The translations under genes were made by a program, and so were the position numbers. DNA of 64,000 nt from the NCBI GenBank assembly GCA_051744985.1, contig JBNJDP010000001.1:17883-81882 (forward strand), read 5' to 3'. The stretch comes from Chlamydiota bacterium (lineage in GTDB: Bacteria > Chlamydiota > Chlamydiia > Chlamydiales > JABHNK01). This document shows, one piece after another, positions 37,871 through 47,373 of this stretch; within the stretch, counting starts at the first letter, position 1; each line of letters opens with the position of its first letter. The notes beneath the pieces are model-generated. The model had not been told where the DNA came from. It did no database searches and worked only from the letters and a program-made list of their open reading frames with translations.

Positions 37871-38317
37871 ATGAAAAAAATAGTTTTTTTAGCCTTTATG
37901 ACCTTCAGCGGTCTGATAGGACCTTTACAAGGTCAGAACCCTTTAAGGTTTAATGATGAACTCCTAGGGGAGATGCTGGTCAACCAAATCTGGGAATATG
38001 TCAAGGCGGGAGACAGAGATGAAATAGAAGCTTTTACCAGCTCCGCTCACCAAATGGCTTTGAGTGATGGTGTTCGCAGCCGCGAGGGCGCTGTTGAAAT
38101 TATGCTCAACTTAAATTTAAGCGATTACATCCTATGGGATTTTAACGTTACCCGCTCGGGGCCGACGCTGATAGTAACATATTATGTTATCGTCGAAGAG
38201 ACTCTTGGTGGCCATCGCTTGCCTAGAGCTCCCGCCCCACGGATGAGCCTTTTCCAGGAAACAGAACAAGGCTGGAAATTTGTTGCTCATGCTATTTTAC
38301 GGGATATCCCGGAGTAA
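37871..38317 (+). CDS. Small secreted protein, paralogue 1 (NTF2/SnoaL-like fold suspected)
   Basis: 148 aa with a signal peptide (MKKIVFLAFMTFSGLIGPLQG). The mature part aligns with the next gene (LLGE.LV...W.Y.K....E......GPTLIV.YYV..ET.....LP..P.P.M..FQE..QGW...AHA.LR). The fold assignment is inference. Confidence 0.5.
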   Translation: MKKIVFLAFMTFSGLIGPLQGQNPLRFNDELLGEMLVNQIWEYVKAGDRDEIEAFTSSAHQMALSDGVRSREGAVEIMLNLNLSDYILWDFNVTRSGPTLIVTYYVIVEETLGGHRLPRAPAPRMSLFQETEQGWKFVAHAILRDIPE

Positions 38318-38339
38318 TTTAATAACTGATGAGGGTATT

Positions 38340-38801
38340 ATGAAAAAGTTGTGGCTATTAGTATTTCTAGGGAGCCTTGTCTTTAGCAAGAGCCTCTTAG
38401 CACAGCAAGGTGGTGATGATGATCAGCTGTTAGGTAAAAACCTTGTTGAAAAATTTTGGCAATACGCTAAAGATGATAATGCTGAAGAATTTCAACAGAT
38501 GATAAGTCCTGCTTTTCAATCGGTATATGCTTTAGGTGGGCTTAATAGGGCGGAGTTTATCGAGCATTTTGAGAAGATTGCTGTCGGTGATTACGATATA
38601 TGGGATTTTAAAATTACGAGGCTAGGGCCTACTTTGATAGTCTCTTACTATGTTCTTGCCCAAGAGACTATCAGTCAACAAGAATTGCCATTGGTTCCTA
38701 CGCCCAAAATGACGGTTTTTCAGGAGAATGACCAGGGCTGGCAAGCTATCGCTCATGCTAATCTTAGAATTATTGAACCCGCTATTACGCCTGATCTTTA
38801 G
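38340..38801 (+). CDS. Small secreted protein, paralogue 2 (tandem duplicate of 37871..38317)
   Basis: The ATG at 38340 gives MKKLWLLVFLGSLVFSKSLLAQQ, a signal peptide. The track ORF start at 38280 is an upstream extension. The protein is colinear with its neighbour. Confidence 0.5.
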   Translation: MKKLWLLVFLGSLVFSKSLLAQQGGDDDQLLGKNLVEKFWQYAKDDNAEEFQQMISPAFQSVYALGGLNRAEFIEHFEKIAVGDYDIWDFKITRLGPTLIVSYYVLAQETISQQELPLVPTPKMTVFQENDQGWQAIAHANLRIIEPAITPDL

Positions 38802-38803
38802 GA

Positions 38804-38833
38804 GAAAAGCTGCCGCCAGCAACGACGGCAGCT
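38804..38833 (-). terminator. Putative terminator hairpin downstream of htrA
   Basis: An 8-bp stem, agctgccg (38808-38815) paired with cggcagct (38826-38833), has a 10-nt loop. On the minus strand it is followed by tttctcc. It lies between convergent genes. Confidence 0.45.
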
Positions 38834-38841
38834 AAAGAGAA

Positions 38842-40257
38842 CTATTTTAGCGGTAAGCTAACATAGTTGGTGATCTGCCCTTGCTTGATGAGCAGTAACA
38901 CTTTGGAACCTTTTTCCATCTCGGAAATCATTTTACGAAACTCTTCGACGGAGTTAACTTCTTGACGGTTAACGGAAAGGATTAAAGTTCCACGCTTTAT
39001 TCCTGCCATAGCGGCAGCAGTGTTGGGATGGACATTGCTGACAATAAGGCCTTGCTCGTTAAGGTATCCCAGTTGCTGAGCAATTTCGCTCGTAAGCTTT
39101 TCGACTTCGAGACCTAGCCGTTGCTCGATATTATCGTGCTTGTTACTAGTAATACTTTGGGGGTGCTTGCCAAGGGTTACTGTTTGATGGAAAACTTTGC
39201 CCTGACGGCTGATGGTTAGAGAAACTTTGGTTCCTGGCTGCATAAGAGAAACAGCATTTCTAAAACTTTGCATGGTGTCGACAGGCTGCCCATTATAAGT
39301 CAGAATAACATCGCCTTGCTTTAAGTTGGCTTGAGCCGCAGGAGAGTCTTCCATAACGCTGGTAACGAGGATACCCTGAACTTTTTCAAGGCCAAAAGCA
39401 TCGGCAAGATCGCTATTGATATCTTGGAGGGTCACCCCTATAAAGCCTCTTTTAACTATCCCCGTTTCCATCAACTGACCCATAACATTGCTGGCCATAG
39501 AACTGGGAATGGCAAAATTTACACCTAAGCTTCCGCCACCGGCGCTAACAGCGATAGCTGTGTTGATGCCGATAACTTTACCGTCGAGATTTATTAAAGG
39601 CCCCCCTGAGTTTCCTCGGTTGATAGCAGCATCGGTTTGAAGGAAATCACCGTAGGTGGCGATGTCGAGGTTGCCGCGGTTTTTGGCGCTAACGACCCCT
39701 ACGGTTACCGTCGCTTGGAGACCTAGAGGGTTGCCGACGGCCATCACCCATTCGCCGACTTTAGCGGCTTCTGAGTTGCCTAGCTTAAGATAGGGAAGGT
39801 TTTCAGCATCGACCTTGATGACAGCAACATCGGTGGAAGGGTCAGTGCCAATAATTTTGGCATTATACTCACGGCCATCGTTTAGGATTACGGTAATCTT
39901 CTCTGCTTCTTTAACAACATGACTGTTGGTAAGTAAGTATCCATCATCGCTCACCAAAAAACCGGAACCTTGCCCAACTTGGAGCTGTGGCTGTTGAGGC
40001 CGCTCTCTTCCTGGTGGCATTCCAAAAAATCTGCGATACATTTCCTCATTGAAAAAGTTAAAAGGATCTTCGGATTGAGGCGCGGGAGAAGCATAAGATT
40101 CTACCCGTATCGATACCACTGCTGGAATAGTTTTCTCTGCAATAGCCGAAAAGTCCATAGCTCCTTGAGGTGCCGAATCGGCCTGTAGGATACTAGGTGT
40201 TAGCTGCATGAACATAGCAGCAATAATAGCCACTAGATACATAAATTTTTTGGTCAT
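38842..40257 (-). CDS. htrA: DegP/HtrA (Do) family periplasmic serine protease with two PDZ domains
   Basis: 471 aa with a signal peptide. The catalytic triad context is LTNSHVV, TDVAVIKV, GNSGGPLINLDGKVIGINTA. Two PDZ-like segments sit at the C-terminus. Confidence 0.95.
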   Translation of the reverse strand: MTKKFMYLVAIIAAMFMQLTPSILQADSAPQGAMDFSAIAEKTIPAVVSIRVESYASPAPQSEDPFNFFNEEMYRRFFGMPPGRERPQQPQLQVGQGSGFLVSDDGYLLTNSHVVKEAEKITVILNDGREYNAKIIGTDPSTDVAVIKVDAENLPYLKLGNSEAAKVGEWVMAVGNPLGLQATVTVGVVSAKNRGNLDIATYGDFLQTDAAINRGNSGGPLINLDGKVIGINTAIAVSAGGGSLGVNFAIPSSMASNVMGQLMETGIVKRGFIGVTLQDINSDLADAFGLEKVQGILVTSVMEDSPAAQANLKQGDVILTYNGQPVDTMQSFRNAVSLMQPGTKVSLTISRQGKVFHQTVTLGKHPQSITSNKHDNIEQRLGLEVEKLTSEIAQQLGYLNEQGLIVSNVHPNTAAAMAGIKRGTLILSVNRQEVNSVEEFRKMISEMEKGSKVLLLIKQGQITNYVSLPLK

Positions 40258-40351
40258 AATTAATCCTCCAAAAAGATTTTGTTACGAACTAAAAAGTATA
40301 GGAAGGCCACTAATTATTGGCAAGATCGATACTATCTGTGATGTCTTAACC

Positions 40352-42109
40352 TTATTCTCCAGCAGCCATAATTTTTTTTAGCTCATGGAAAGAGGAGTGT
40401 GATAGATTTTCCTTATAGGCAAGGTCTAAAATCTCTAAGCTCACCATTCTGAAGCTTTCTAATGCTGTAGGTGATGCTTCAGAGAAGTCAAAGTGCTGCC
40501 ATGCTTGTATCATCAGGTGAGCACTAGCCGGCAGAGTCGCAGGTTTTAGCAGGTATTGAGCAGCATAGAATTCTAGCACTCCCGGGATTTTCAATGCTTC
40601 TTGATGAAGTAGGGCCTTTTCTAAGGCCGATAAGAGTTTTTGTGGATCGCCCGGAAGACTATAGCCCTTGAGGTAGTGTCGCGCTACTTGCCTCCTCAAC
40701 CTGGTATTAGCATTCTTTTGAAACTTAATAGTGAGTTTTTCGCTCCATTGGCCTACGCTTCCTAAAAGGGGAACATCTTTAAAGGTAGGCGAGACTAACA
40801 CTAAGGTGCCTGCCAATAAGATAATAAGGTAGCTTTTGATGATACGCTTTACCCAGAGGTGATGCTTTTCTATCAACTTGGAAGAAGTGCTAGCCTTCTT
40901 TAAAAAATCTATCCTCTGTTGAATACCATAATGATGCCAACTATAGTGGTGGTGGATATTGCCCATTTTGGTAGCTATCCTGTCGAGAGCATCGATAAGG
41001 TTTTGAGGGTCTACGCCCAATTCGAAGGTGTGGAGGTCAGCTTGTCGCTCGAAATTACGAGAAAAAAAGCCGAATACTAGTCTAAAGTACAGTAAGATAA
41101 TAACAATATAGGGGATAAAGAGCCCTAGTGGAGCTATAGTCTTCCAAAAGCTGCCTGAATCGATTATCTGATGGAGGGCAAAGAAATCTTCGAGAGCTCT
41201 TCCGCATAAGAGATAAAATAATCCTATAGTGGTTATCATCCCCAAAAATATTAGGGGGTATAAAATAAGATGGTGACGGCGACTATGGCCTATCTCATGA
41301 GCAACAATAGCTTCGATTTCATTATCCGGCAAAGCGTTTAGAAGCTTTTTGCTGAACATAATATAGCGGAAAGGGGCAGCTACTCCTATGATAGCAGCCA
41401 TAAAGGTGTGCCTCATAACATGCCATACCCTAAAGCCTGCATGTTTAAAGTGTGCTTTCCTGCATAAAACTTCTAGTCGTTCCTGTAATGCCGAATCTTT
41501 TAAGGGACGGCAGCCCCAAAAGTACTGTAAGACGGGAGGGAAGAAAACTATAATAATAACCAGAAAGAGCGCTATTGTTACTATCGCTTGGATAAGAGCT
41601 AAAGGGCCAGCCACAAACATTGTAGCTTTGCTAGGGTTTATAATAGTGTAAAGGTCGGCCAAGATCTGAAAGGTCATAAAAGGTAATATGAAAGGCACCA
41701 GAAAACGTATTTTATGGTGAGCATATTGGCAGGAGCTGCCCCCAAGGGTCCTGAAGGCCACGAACAAACCACCAAAATAGAGAAATAGGGAAAATAGAAT
41801 AGGGATAGTCAAGAGCTGGGATATCTTGGGGGTGGTTAAGAAAAAAAGATGGCCTCCTAAGATATAATGGAAAACTGCCAGAAAAGCTATTAGTTCGCTA
41901 TTGGCGAAAAATAGCAGCAAAGGGTTTAGAGAACGATAGCGTGAGGAAAGCCTGTTTTGGAGGACTATAACTCCCAAAACGATAGAGTATAGCCCCAGCC
42001 CAAGAGCTAGGCCGGCAGTAGGAGAAACGATGCTTTCCTCCGTTACCATCTCGGGAGCGAAGCTTATCAAGAGCAAGGCTATAATAAGAAAAATAAGCTC
42101 TCTAAACAT
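40352..42109 (-). CDS. M48 family zinc metallopeptidase, polytopic membrane protein
   Basis: 585 aa. The N-terminal half has multiple hydrophobic spans. It has an HExxH motif in IVAHEIGHSRRHH and a downstream FERQADLH (third ligand context). Confidence 0.82.
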   Translation of the reverse strand: MFRELIFLIIALLLISFAPEMVTEESIVSPTAGLALGLGLYSIVLGVIVLQNRLSSRYRSLNPLLLFFANSELIAFLAVFHYILGGHLFFLTTPKISQLLTIPILFSLFLYFGGLFVAFRTLGGSSCQYAHHKIRFLVPFILPFMTFQILADLYTIINPSKATMFVAGPLALIQAIVTIALFLVIIIVFFPPVLQYFWGCRPLKDSALQERLEVLCRKAHFKHAGFRVWHVMRHTFMAAIIGVAAPFRYIMFSKKLLNALPDNEIEAIVAHEIGHSRRHHLILYPLIFLGMITTIGLFYLLCGRALEDFFALHQIIDSGSFWKTIAPLGLFIPYIVIILLYFRLVFGFFSRNFERQADLHTFELGVDPQNLIDALDRIATKMGNIHHHYSWHHYGIQQRIDFLKKASTSSKLIEKHHLWVKRIIKSYLIILLAGTLVLVSPTFKDVPLLGSVGQWSEKLTIKFQKNANTRLRRQVARHYLKGYSLPGDPQKLLSALEKALLHQEALKIPGVLEFYAAQYLLKPATLPASAHLMIQAWQHFDFSEASPTALESFRMVSLEILDLAYKENLSHSSFHELKKIMAAGE

Positions 42110-42116
42110 AGAAAGA

Positions 42117-45065
42117 CTATATTGCCAGTATCTGTAGCGGATTGCTAAAGATCTTATTCTCTTTTTCTAGTAATTCGCGACCTGCCATGGTTACCAAGGG
42201 GGCTTCCTTTAGTTGAGGAAGAAGGTGGTTGGTGATAGCTTCTTGGATATCTTTTTTGGTGGCTTTGAGAAGGTTGTTGCGGAATTGTCGACGAATGGCA
42301 CTGTTCTTTCCTTCGCGTTCCCAAGTATAAGCTACTGCCGCTCGATTGCCTGGAGGTATCGGCTGGTCGAGAGCTTGGATCATCTCGAATTTTGCAGAAG
42401 TAATATCGCTATTATTAAAGTTGCCTTGAGCGGTGTCTTCGACAGACTCTATAAAAGCTTGGGATGTAGCAGCAATTTGAGGGTCGCGGTAAGCATAAAA
42501 ATAAAACTTTCCTGCCGTAGCATTATGTGCTGCTCCACAGCCATAGGCCCCCCCCTGTTCTCTGATACGCTTGTGGAGGGTTCTATTTTGCAAGATAAAA
42601 GATGCTATGCTCAACAAAGGTGCTTCAGGGTGGTCATAGGAGATGGTGTTGACAGCTTGTGCTGTAAAAGCTACTGGCGAAGCGATAACTCGCCCTTGAG
42701 AGTAGTTTGAAAAGTTTTGCGAGCTGCTCTGCCAGGGCTTACACTCTTTGGTAGAGATCTCAGAGAGACCGAAAAAACTCTCCTTTTTGAGATTGTGGTA
42801 AGTCTCTTCATCGCTGCTGATAGCCAGATGAGGGTTGGAAAGACCTAGCAGCTGCTGTTGAAGTTTTTGGAATTGCTCCACAACCTTTTGCGGGTTGGCT
42901 TGAAATTCGGGAAGCAACTCTTTGATGAATGAAAAATACCCTAGGCCGTACCACATGTTGGAGAGCTGCGAAGAAGCTCCTAGGCCGCTACAGGCTAGCT
43001 TGACGGCGTATTGCATGGCATTGTTGTTGAGGTTGGTGGCAAGTGAAGAGTGGTGTTGCATAAGTAATTCTTGGAGGCGTCCGGCATCGCTAAAATCAGC
43101 AGATTCGATCATATCTTTGATAAGAGTAAAAAAATGGTAATTGTTGCGTGATAAGGCTTTTCCTCCCACGGTCAAGATAGGAGTAAAACTCTGGTAGTCG
43201 TTAACGTGGTGGTTAAGTGACAATCCACAGTTAACCCCGCCAGTATATTTTTGGATGTATTCTAAATTCTGTAAGTAATCGCGAGATCCGCATCCGACCA
43301 TAGGCAGCAGAAGGGCAAACAATCGTACCCAGGGAAGATCTTGATCGGAAAGCTGGGGCAAGTCGTAATTGACCTCGGCATAGACAAGGTCGTTGGTAAA
43401 ACAGCTATGATGAAAAATCTGCAGTTTTTCAGAAAACCCTTTTTCCAAAGGAAGAATGCGAGGGGTGGTGGAAATATCATCGAGGCTGATAGTCGGCAAA
43501 ACCTCCAGCTCAGCAGTTTCATCTTTATCTTGGAGTTCTTTGAGGCGGCGGCTAGTTTCGTAGATAGCTCGTTGTTCTTCTTCACTAAGCTGTTCGGCAA
43601 TAGCTTGTAATTCTTCCCGTTCTTGTTGGGCTTCATGCCTTTCTAATTCTGTATCGGGCTTTAACATAACTCTGACATAATGAGAGTTGTCTAGAAAATA
43701 TTTGGTGATAAGGTGAGAAAAATATTGGGGTTCTTGGATTTTGCTCCGTAGCTTGTCGAAGAGAGTGTGGATGAGTAAACCATCTTCAGGATTACCACCG
43801 TGAAGTCTGAGGGGCATACTTCTGATAAAGATCTTCAACCCGTAAGGAAAGCTGTCGCCGTCGATTTCTGTCCTAGAAAGTTCCAATTGGTGGATAGCAG
43901 CTTGGATCATTTCCTGTGATAAGCCTTGGCTAACGAGCTTTTGTAGCTCTTCGAAAACCAGCTTTTCTATTTGGTCACCATCCTGATCTCGGCAGCCTTT
44001 GGCTATCAGGGTCAAAGGAGCCTCGCTAAGCTCATTGTCAAAGTACATTCCTGCCTGCTGACATAACCCTGATTTGAGAAGTGCTTTTTTGAGGGGGGCA
44101 GCGTCGGAAGCCATCAAGACTATCTCCAGAACCTCTAAGGCTAGCACTTCCAGCTGATCTAGAATGTTAGTCGTCAGCCACCCCATAGCTATTATGGACT
44201 GATCTTCAATATCATCATCGGCTGTCGCAGGGTAAAAAGAAGTAACTTTCTTGGGAGCAGAAAAACGCGGCTGCGGGTTTATTAATGGTAGAGGAGGAGC
44301 ATAAGACGTTTGGCCTAGAAGATGTTCCTCGAGGAAATCAAGATGGTCTTCCAAGGCAAAATTTCCGTAAAAGTAAAAGAGACAGCGGCTAGGGTGGTAA
44401 TATCGGCTGTGGAAGGCTTTGAGGCCTTCATGAGTTAAAGTGGGTATGACAGTAGGATCTCCTCCCGAGTTGTAGCGATAAGGTGAGTCAGGGAACATGG
44501 TGGCCATCATGACTTCGGAAAGTCTGCTGTCAGGTGATGTTAGGACACCTTTCATCTCATTGTAGACTACTCCTTTGCGTAGAAGTGTTTCAGGGGTAGG
44601 GTTTTCGGGGTCTGCATACTCCAAGCGGTGGCCTTCTTGGTGGAAGCTCAACATATCAAGTTTAGGAAAAAAAACGGCATCGAGGTATACTTCCAGAAGA
44701 TTATAGAAATCTTTGCGGTGTTGGGATGCTGCTGGATAGCAGGTAAAGTCCATGCCGGTCATCGCATTCATAAAGGTGTTGAGACTACGGCGATTCATCG
44801 CAAAAAAAGGGTCGCGAACGGGAAATTTTTCAGAGCCACATAAGACAGTATGTTCTAAGATATGGGGGGCTCCGTCAGAGCTTTCGGGATAGGTGCGAAA
44901 GGTTAGGCTGAAGACATTTTCAGGGTCGTCATTGACGATTTTTATAATGTGAGCTTGGCTAGGCTGGTGGACGACTTCGATGAGAGTGCTCTTAATCTCT
45001 TCGAGGGGGTTGACTTTAGTGACTTTGAAATTGCGATATTGCTGTCCTACGGTATCTAACGGCAT
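42117..45065 (-). CDS. M16C (PreP/presequence-protease-like) insulinase family metallopeptidase
   Basis: 982 aa. It has an HxxEH motif in GAPHILEHTVLCGSEKFP followed by NAMTGMDFTCYP. Its size and layout are typical of M16C. Confidence 0.88.
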   Translation of the reverse strand: MPLDTVGQQYRNFKVTKVNPLEEIKSTLIEVVHQPSQAHIIKIVNDDPENVFSLTFRTYPESSDGAPHILEHTVLCGSEKFPVRDPFFAMNRRSLNTFMNAMTGMDFTCYPAASQHRKDFYNLLEVYLDAVFFPKLDMLSFHQEGHRLEYADPENPTPETLLRKGVVYNEMKGVLTSPDSRLSEVMMATMFPDSPYRYNSGGDPTVIPTLTHEGLKAFHSRYYHPSRCLFYFYGNFALEDHLDFLEEHLLGQTSYAPPLPLINPQPRFSAPKKVTSFYPATADDDIEDQSIIAMGWLTTNILDQLEVLALEVLEIVLMASDAAPLKKALLKSGLCQQAGMYFDNELSEAPLTLIAKGCRDQDGDQIEKLVFEELQKLVSQGLSQEMIQAAIHQLELSRTEIDGDSFPYGLKIFIRSMPLRLHGGNPEDGLLIHTLFDKLRSKIQEPQYFSHLITKYFLDNSHYVRVMLKPDTELERHEAQQEREELQAIAEQLSEEEQRAIYETSRRLKELQDKDETAELEVLPTISLDDISTTPRILPLEKGFSEKLQIFHHSCFTNDLVYAEVNYDLPQLSDQDLPWVRLFALLLPMVGCGSRDYLQNLEYIQKYTGGVNCGLSLNHHVNDYQSFTPILTVGGKALSRNNYHFFTLIKDMIESADFSDAGRLQELLMQHHSSLATNLNNNAMQYAVKLACSGLGASSQLSNMWYGLGYFSFIKELLPEFQANPQKVVEQFQKLQQQLLGLSNPHLAISSDEETYHNLKKESFFGLSEISTKECKPWQSSSQNFSNYSQGRVIASPVAFTAQAVNTISYDHPEAPLLSIASFILQNRTLHKRIREQGGAYGCGAAHNATAGKFYFYAYRDPQIAATSQAFIESVEDTAQGNFNNSDITSAKFEMIQALDQPIPPGNRAAVAYTWEREGKNSAIRRQFRNNLLKATKKDIQEAITNHLLPQLKEAPLVTMAGRELLEKENKIFSNPLQILAI

Positions 45066-45103
45066 AACTATTCCTGGGCTGTGCGCAACAGTGTACGCGG
45101 GGG

Positions 45104-45132
45104 TTGCAAAACTTTTAGTGGCCGATTATAAT
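45104..45132 (+). promoter_or_regulatory. Sigma-70-type promoter for pssA
   Basis: TTGCAA (45104-45109), an exact 17-nt spacer, then TATAAT (45127-45132). It lies 30 nt upstream of the ATG at 45162, with an agggag RBS in between. Confidence 0.55.
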
Positions 45133-45161
45133 CTATAAGTTTTTGTTTACAAGGGAGAATC

Positions 45162-46001
45162 ATGAAGAAAATCAACTTATTGCCCAACATTATTACTGCT
45201 ATGGGCCTCGCTTTCGGCTTATTTGTCATTTTTCGCATTACTGTCACAGATGTCGAGCGCGAAAATTTCTACCACATCTTGCTAATTACTGCTGGATTGC
45301 TGCTTTTGTCGGCTTTGTGCGATGTCCTTGATGGAGCTGCAGCTCGTTTGTTAAAATCTGAAAGTGAGTTCGGTAGCATGTTTGACTCTCTCTCCGATGC
45401 TGTTTGCTTTGGCGTTGCCCCATCGGTGATATTGCTTAAGAGTCTCTCTTTAGATCCTGGTACCGAGCTGATTTTTGTCTTTACCATTGGCACTTTAGTG
45501 TTCTCCTCTTGCGGAGTTTTGCGGTTGGTGCGCTTTAAAGTTGCTAAAGATGATGTTAAAGGAGACCCTGCCAGCTTGTATGAATATAACCGCACTTTTA
45601 CCGGCTTGCCGATTCCGGCAGCGGCTTTGGCAGCCGTTTCTGCCAACCTTTTTCTTTTATCTCCAGAGTTTACAGTGTTTTTTAGTATCTCTGAAGAGCT
45701 GCGAGCGACGATCTTGATAGCTATTATGATACTATTAGGATATTTGATGATAAGCCCCTGGAAATTTCCGAGCGTTAAAACTATCCAGTTTAAAGTTAAA
45801 TCTATCCACCTCGTCTTTATGGCGGTGATGATTTCTGTTCTTCTACTTTACGGTATTTTACATCGTTTTGCGTTGGCTTTTTTCTGTTTTTCATGGGCGT
45901 ACTTATTGACGGCCCTTGTATTGTCTACCATCAGACTTATTGCCGGAAAAAAATCTAAGACCCTTAAAGATTTTGAGCCCGAACCTGACGAAATCGATTG
46001 A
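45162..46001 (+). CDS. pssA: CDP-diacylglycerol--serine O-phosphatidyltransferase
   Basis: 279 aa. The CDP-alcohol phosphatidyltransferase motif is DVLDGAAARLLKSESEFGSMFDSLSDAV, and the protein has multiple membrane spans. Confidence 0.88.
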   Translation: MKKINLLPNIITAMGLAFGLFVIFRITVTDVERENFYHILLITAGLLLLSALCDVLDGAAARLLKSESEFGSMFDSLSDAVCFGVAPSVILLKSLSLDPGTELIFVFTIGTLVFSSCGVLRLVRFKVAKDDVKGDPASLYEYNRTFTGLPIPAAALAAVSANLFLLSPEFTVFFSISEELRATILIAIMILLGYLMISPWKFPSVKTIQFKVKSIHLVFMAVMISVLLLYGILHRFALAFFCFSWAYLLTALVLSTIRLIAGKKSKTLKDFEPEPDEID

Positions 46002-46029
46002 TGCTTATGATAATGGTTATACCATTTAT

Positions 46030-46075
46030 CAAAAATAATTGCGTAATATGTACACCCCTTGTGTAATTATTTTTG
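46030..46075. repeat. AT-rich inverted repeat between convergent pssA and lexA-like genes (possible bidirectional terminator)
   Basis: caaaaataatt (46030-46040) and aattatttttg (46065-46075) are perfect reverse complements (11 bp). They flank a 24-nt loop. Confidence 0.35.
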
Positions 46076-46085
46076 ATTAATGATA

Positions 46086-46706
46086 TTAATACATTCTGAG
46101 AAGACCGATAACTTTGCCTTGGATGCTGACTTCTTCTTGGTGGATAGTTATCGGATAGGCCGACGAATGAGGGGCTTCCAGCCGGATATACATCCCTTCA
46201 GTATAATACCTTTTGATGACGGTTTCATGGTTATGGATCATAGCCATAATGAGATCGCCAGGCTCGGGGTGAGGGTTGGCCTCGACGATTAAAAGATCAC
46301 TATCATTGATTTGATCATGGGATAAATTATCTCCGCGTACTTGGAAGATATAGCTATGTTCTGTGGAAGATACCAGCATCTCAGGTACAGAGATAGTGCT
46401 TATCGATGAAAAAGTCTCTATCGGTGAGCCTGCCGAAAAGTGGCCTATAAAGGGAACTTCGACAGCGGTAGTGGCTGCTGAGCTTTTTAGAGCATCGTCC
46501 GTAACCCGGAGAGAGCGTGAACAGTGTTTTTCATTGTCTATCAACCCTTTTCTTTTTAGTGCATGGAGGTGTTTGTATACTGACCCTAAAGATGAAAAAT
46601 TGAAGCGCTCCTTAATTTCACGGTAGCTGGGAGAGTAGCCATAGTCGTTAGTATATTGGCTGATATACTCCAAGATCTCTTTTTGTCGTTTAGTGGTACC
46701 TTTCAC
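46086..46706 (-). CDS. lexA: LexA-family transcriptional repressor (S24 domain with Asn at the expected nucleophile Ser position)
   Basis: 206 aa. It has an N-terminal wHTH (YSPSYREIKERFNFSSLGSVYKHLHALKRKGLI), an Ala-Gly pair in GHFSAGSPIE and an S24 domain (VRGDNLSHDQINDSDLLIV ... ETVIKRYY ... IQGKVIGLLR). Confidence 0.85.
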   Translation of the reverse strand: MKGTTKRQKEILEYISQYTNDYGYSPSYREIKERFNFSSLGSVYKHLHALKRKGLIDNEKHCSRSLRVTDDALKSSAATTAVEVPFIGHFSAGSPIETFSSISTISVPEMLVSSTEHSYIFQVRGDNLSHDQINDSDLLIVEANPHPEPGDLIMAMIHNHETVIKRYYTEGMYIRLEAPHSSAYPITIHQEEVSIQGKVIGLLRMY

Positions 46707-47349
46707 GATACCTCCAAATTATCTTGTCAAGTAATAGGGGGGTGTACCACATAATGATAGCTGACATTAGAACATCGGAAAAAAAGTGACCTCCTTGGAC
46801 TATGCGGACACCGCCTAGTAAGGTGCCCATAACAATAGTGCTAGCGATGCCGAAAATTAATAGTTGGCGGCTGCGGTAATGTCTCCCTAAGACACAAAAG
46901 GCTAGAAAGTAAAAACCTGCTGAAGCGTGACCTGAAGGGAAGGACTTGTTTTTATCGCTAGGAGAAGAAAAGTTGGGCTGATAATAAGGGAGATATTGCT
47001 GTGAGCCGCCGAACTCTTTAACTTCACGCGGTCGAGGTCGCCCCCAATGGTCTTTTAAGGTGAAATTTATGATCAATCCTCCTCCAATAACGAAAGATAG
47101 TATCAGAAGCCAAGCTGCGGGACGCCAGGGCTTTAAATGTGGGATGAAAAGGATGGTGATAGCGCCTAAGAAAACTATCCAGGCAGGTATTAGAGCATAA
47201 TGGAAGATGGCTTTAGTCCAAAAGTTGTTGATGAAGTGCCCGTCAATGAAGAAATAATTGGATATCGATAAGTCAATGCGAGAAGCAAAGGGCGTTATTA
47301 CTATTAGAATGATGAGTGGTAACCACCAAAGCAGTAATTTTTTTATCAT
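46690..47349 (-). CDS. PAP2 superfamily phosphatase (lipid phosphate phosphatase-like), membrane
   Basis: 219 aa. The three PAP2 motifs are present: KDHWGRPRP, PSGH, and GGVRIVQGGHFFSDV. Confidence 0.88.
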   Translation of the reverse strand: MIKKLLLWWLPLIILIVITPFASRIDLSISNYFFIDGHFINNFWTKAIFHYALIPAWIVFLGAITILFIPHLKPWRPAAWLLILSFVIGGGLIINFTLKDHWGRPRPREVKEFGGSQQYLPYYQPNFSSPSDKNKSFPSGHASAGFYFLAFCVLGRHYRSRQLLIFGIASTIVMGTLLGGVRIVQGGHFFSDVLMSAIIMWYTPLLLDKIIWRYRERYH

Positions 47350-47373
47350 AAGATGTTGGTATATGATGTTGAT

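Noticed and set aside
42213-42710. 165-aa plus-strand ORF inside the M16C peptidase gene
   Set aside because: It is a shadow ORF. The opposite frame carries the HxxEH peptidase.
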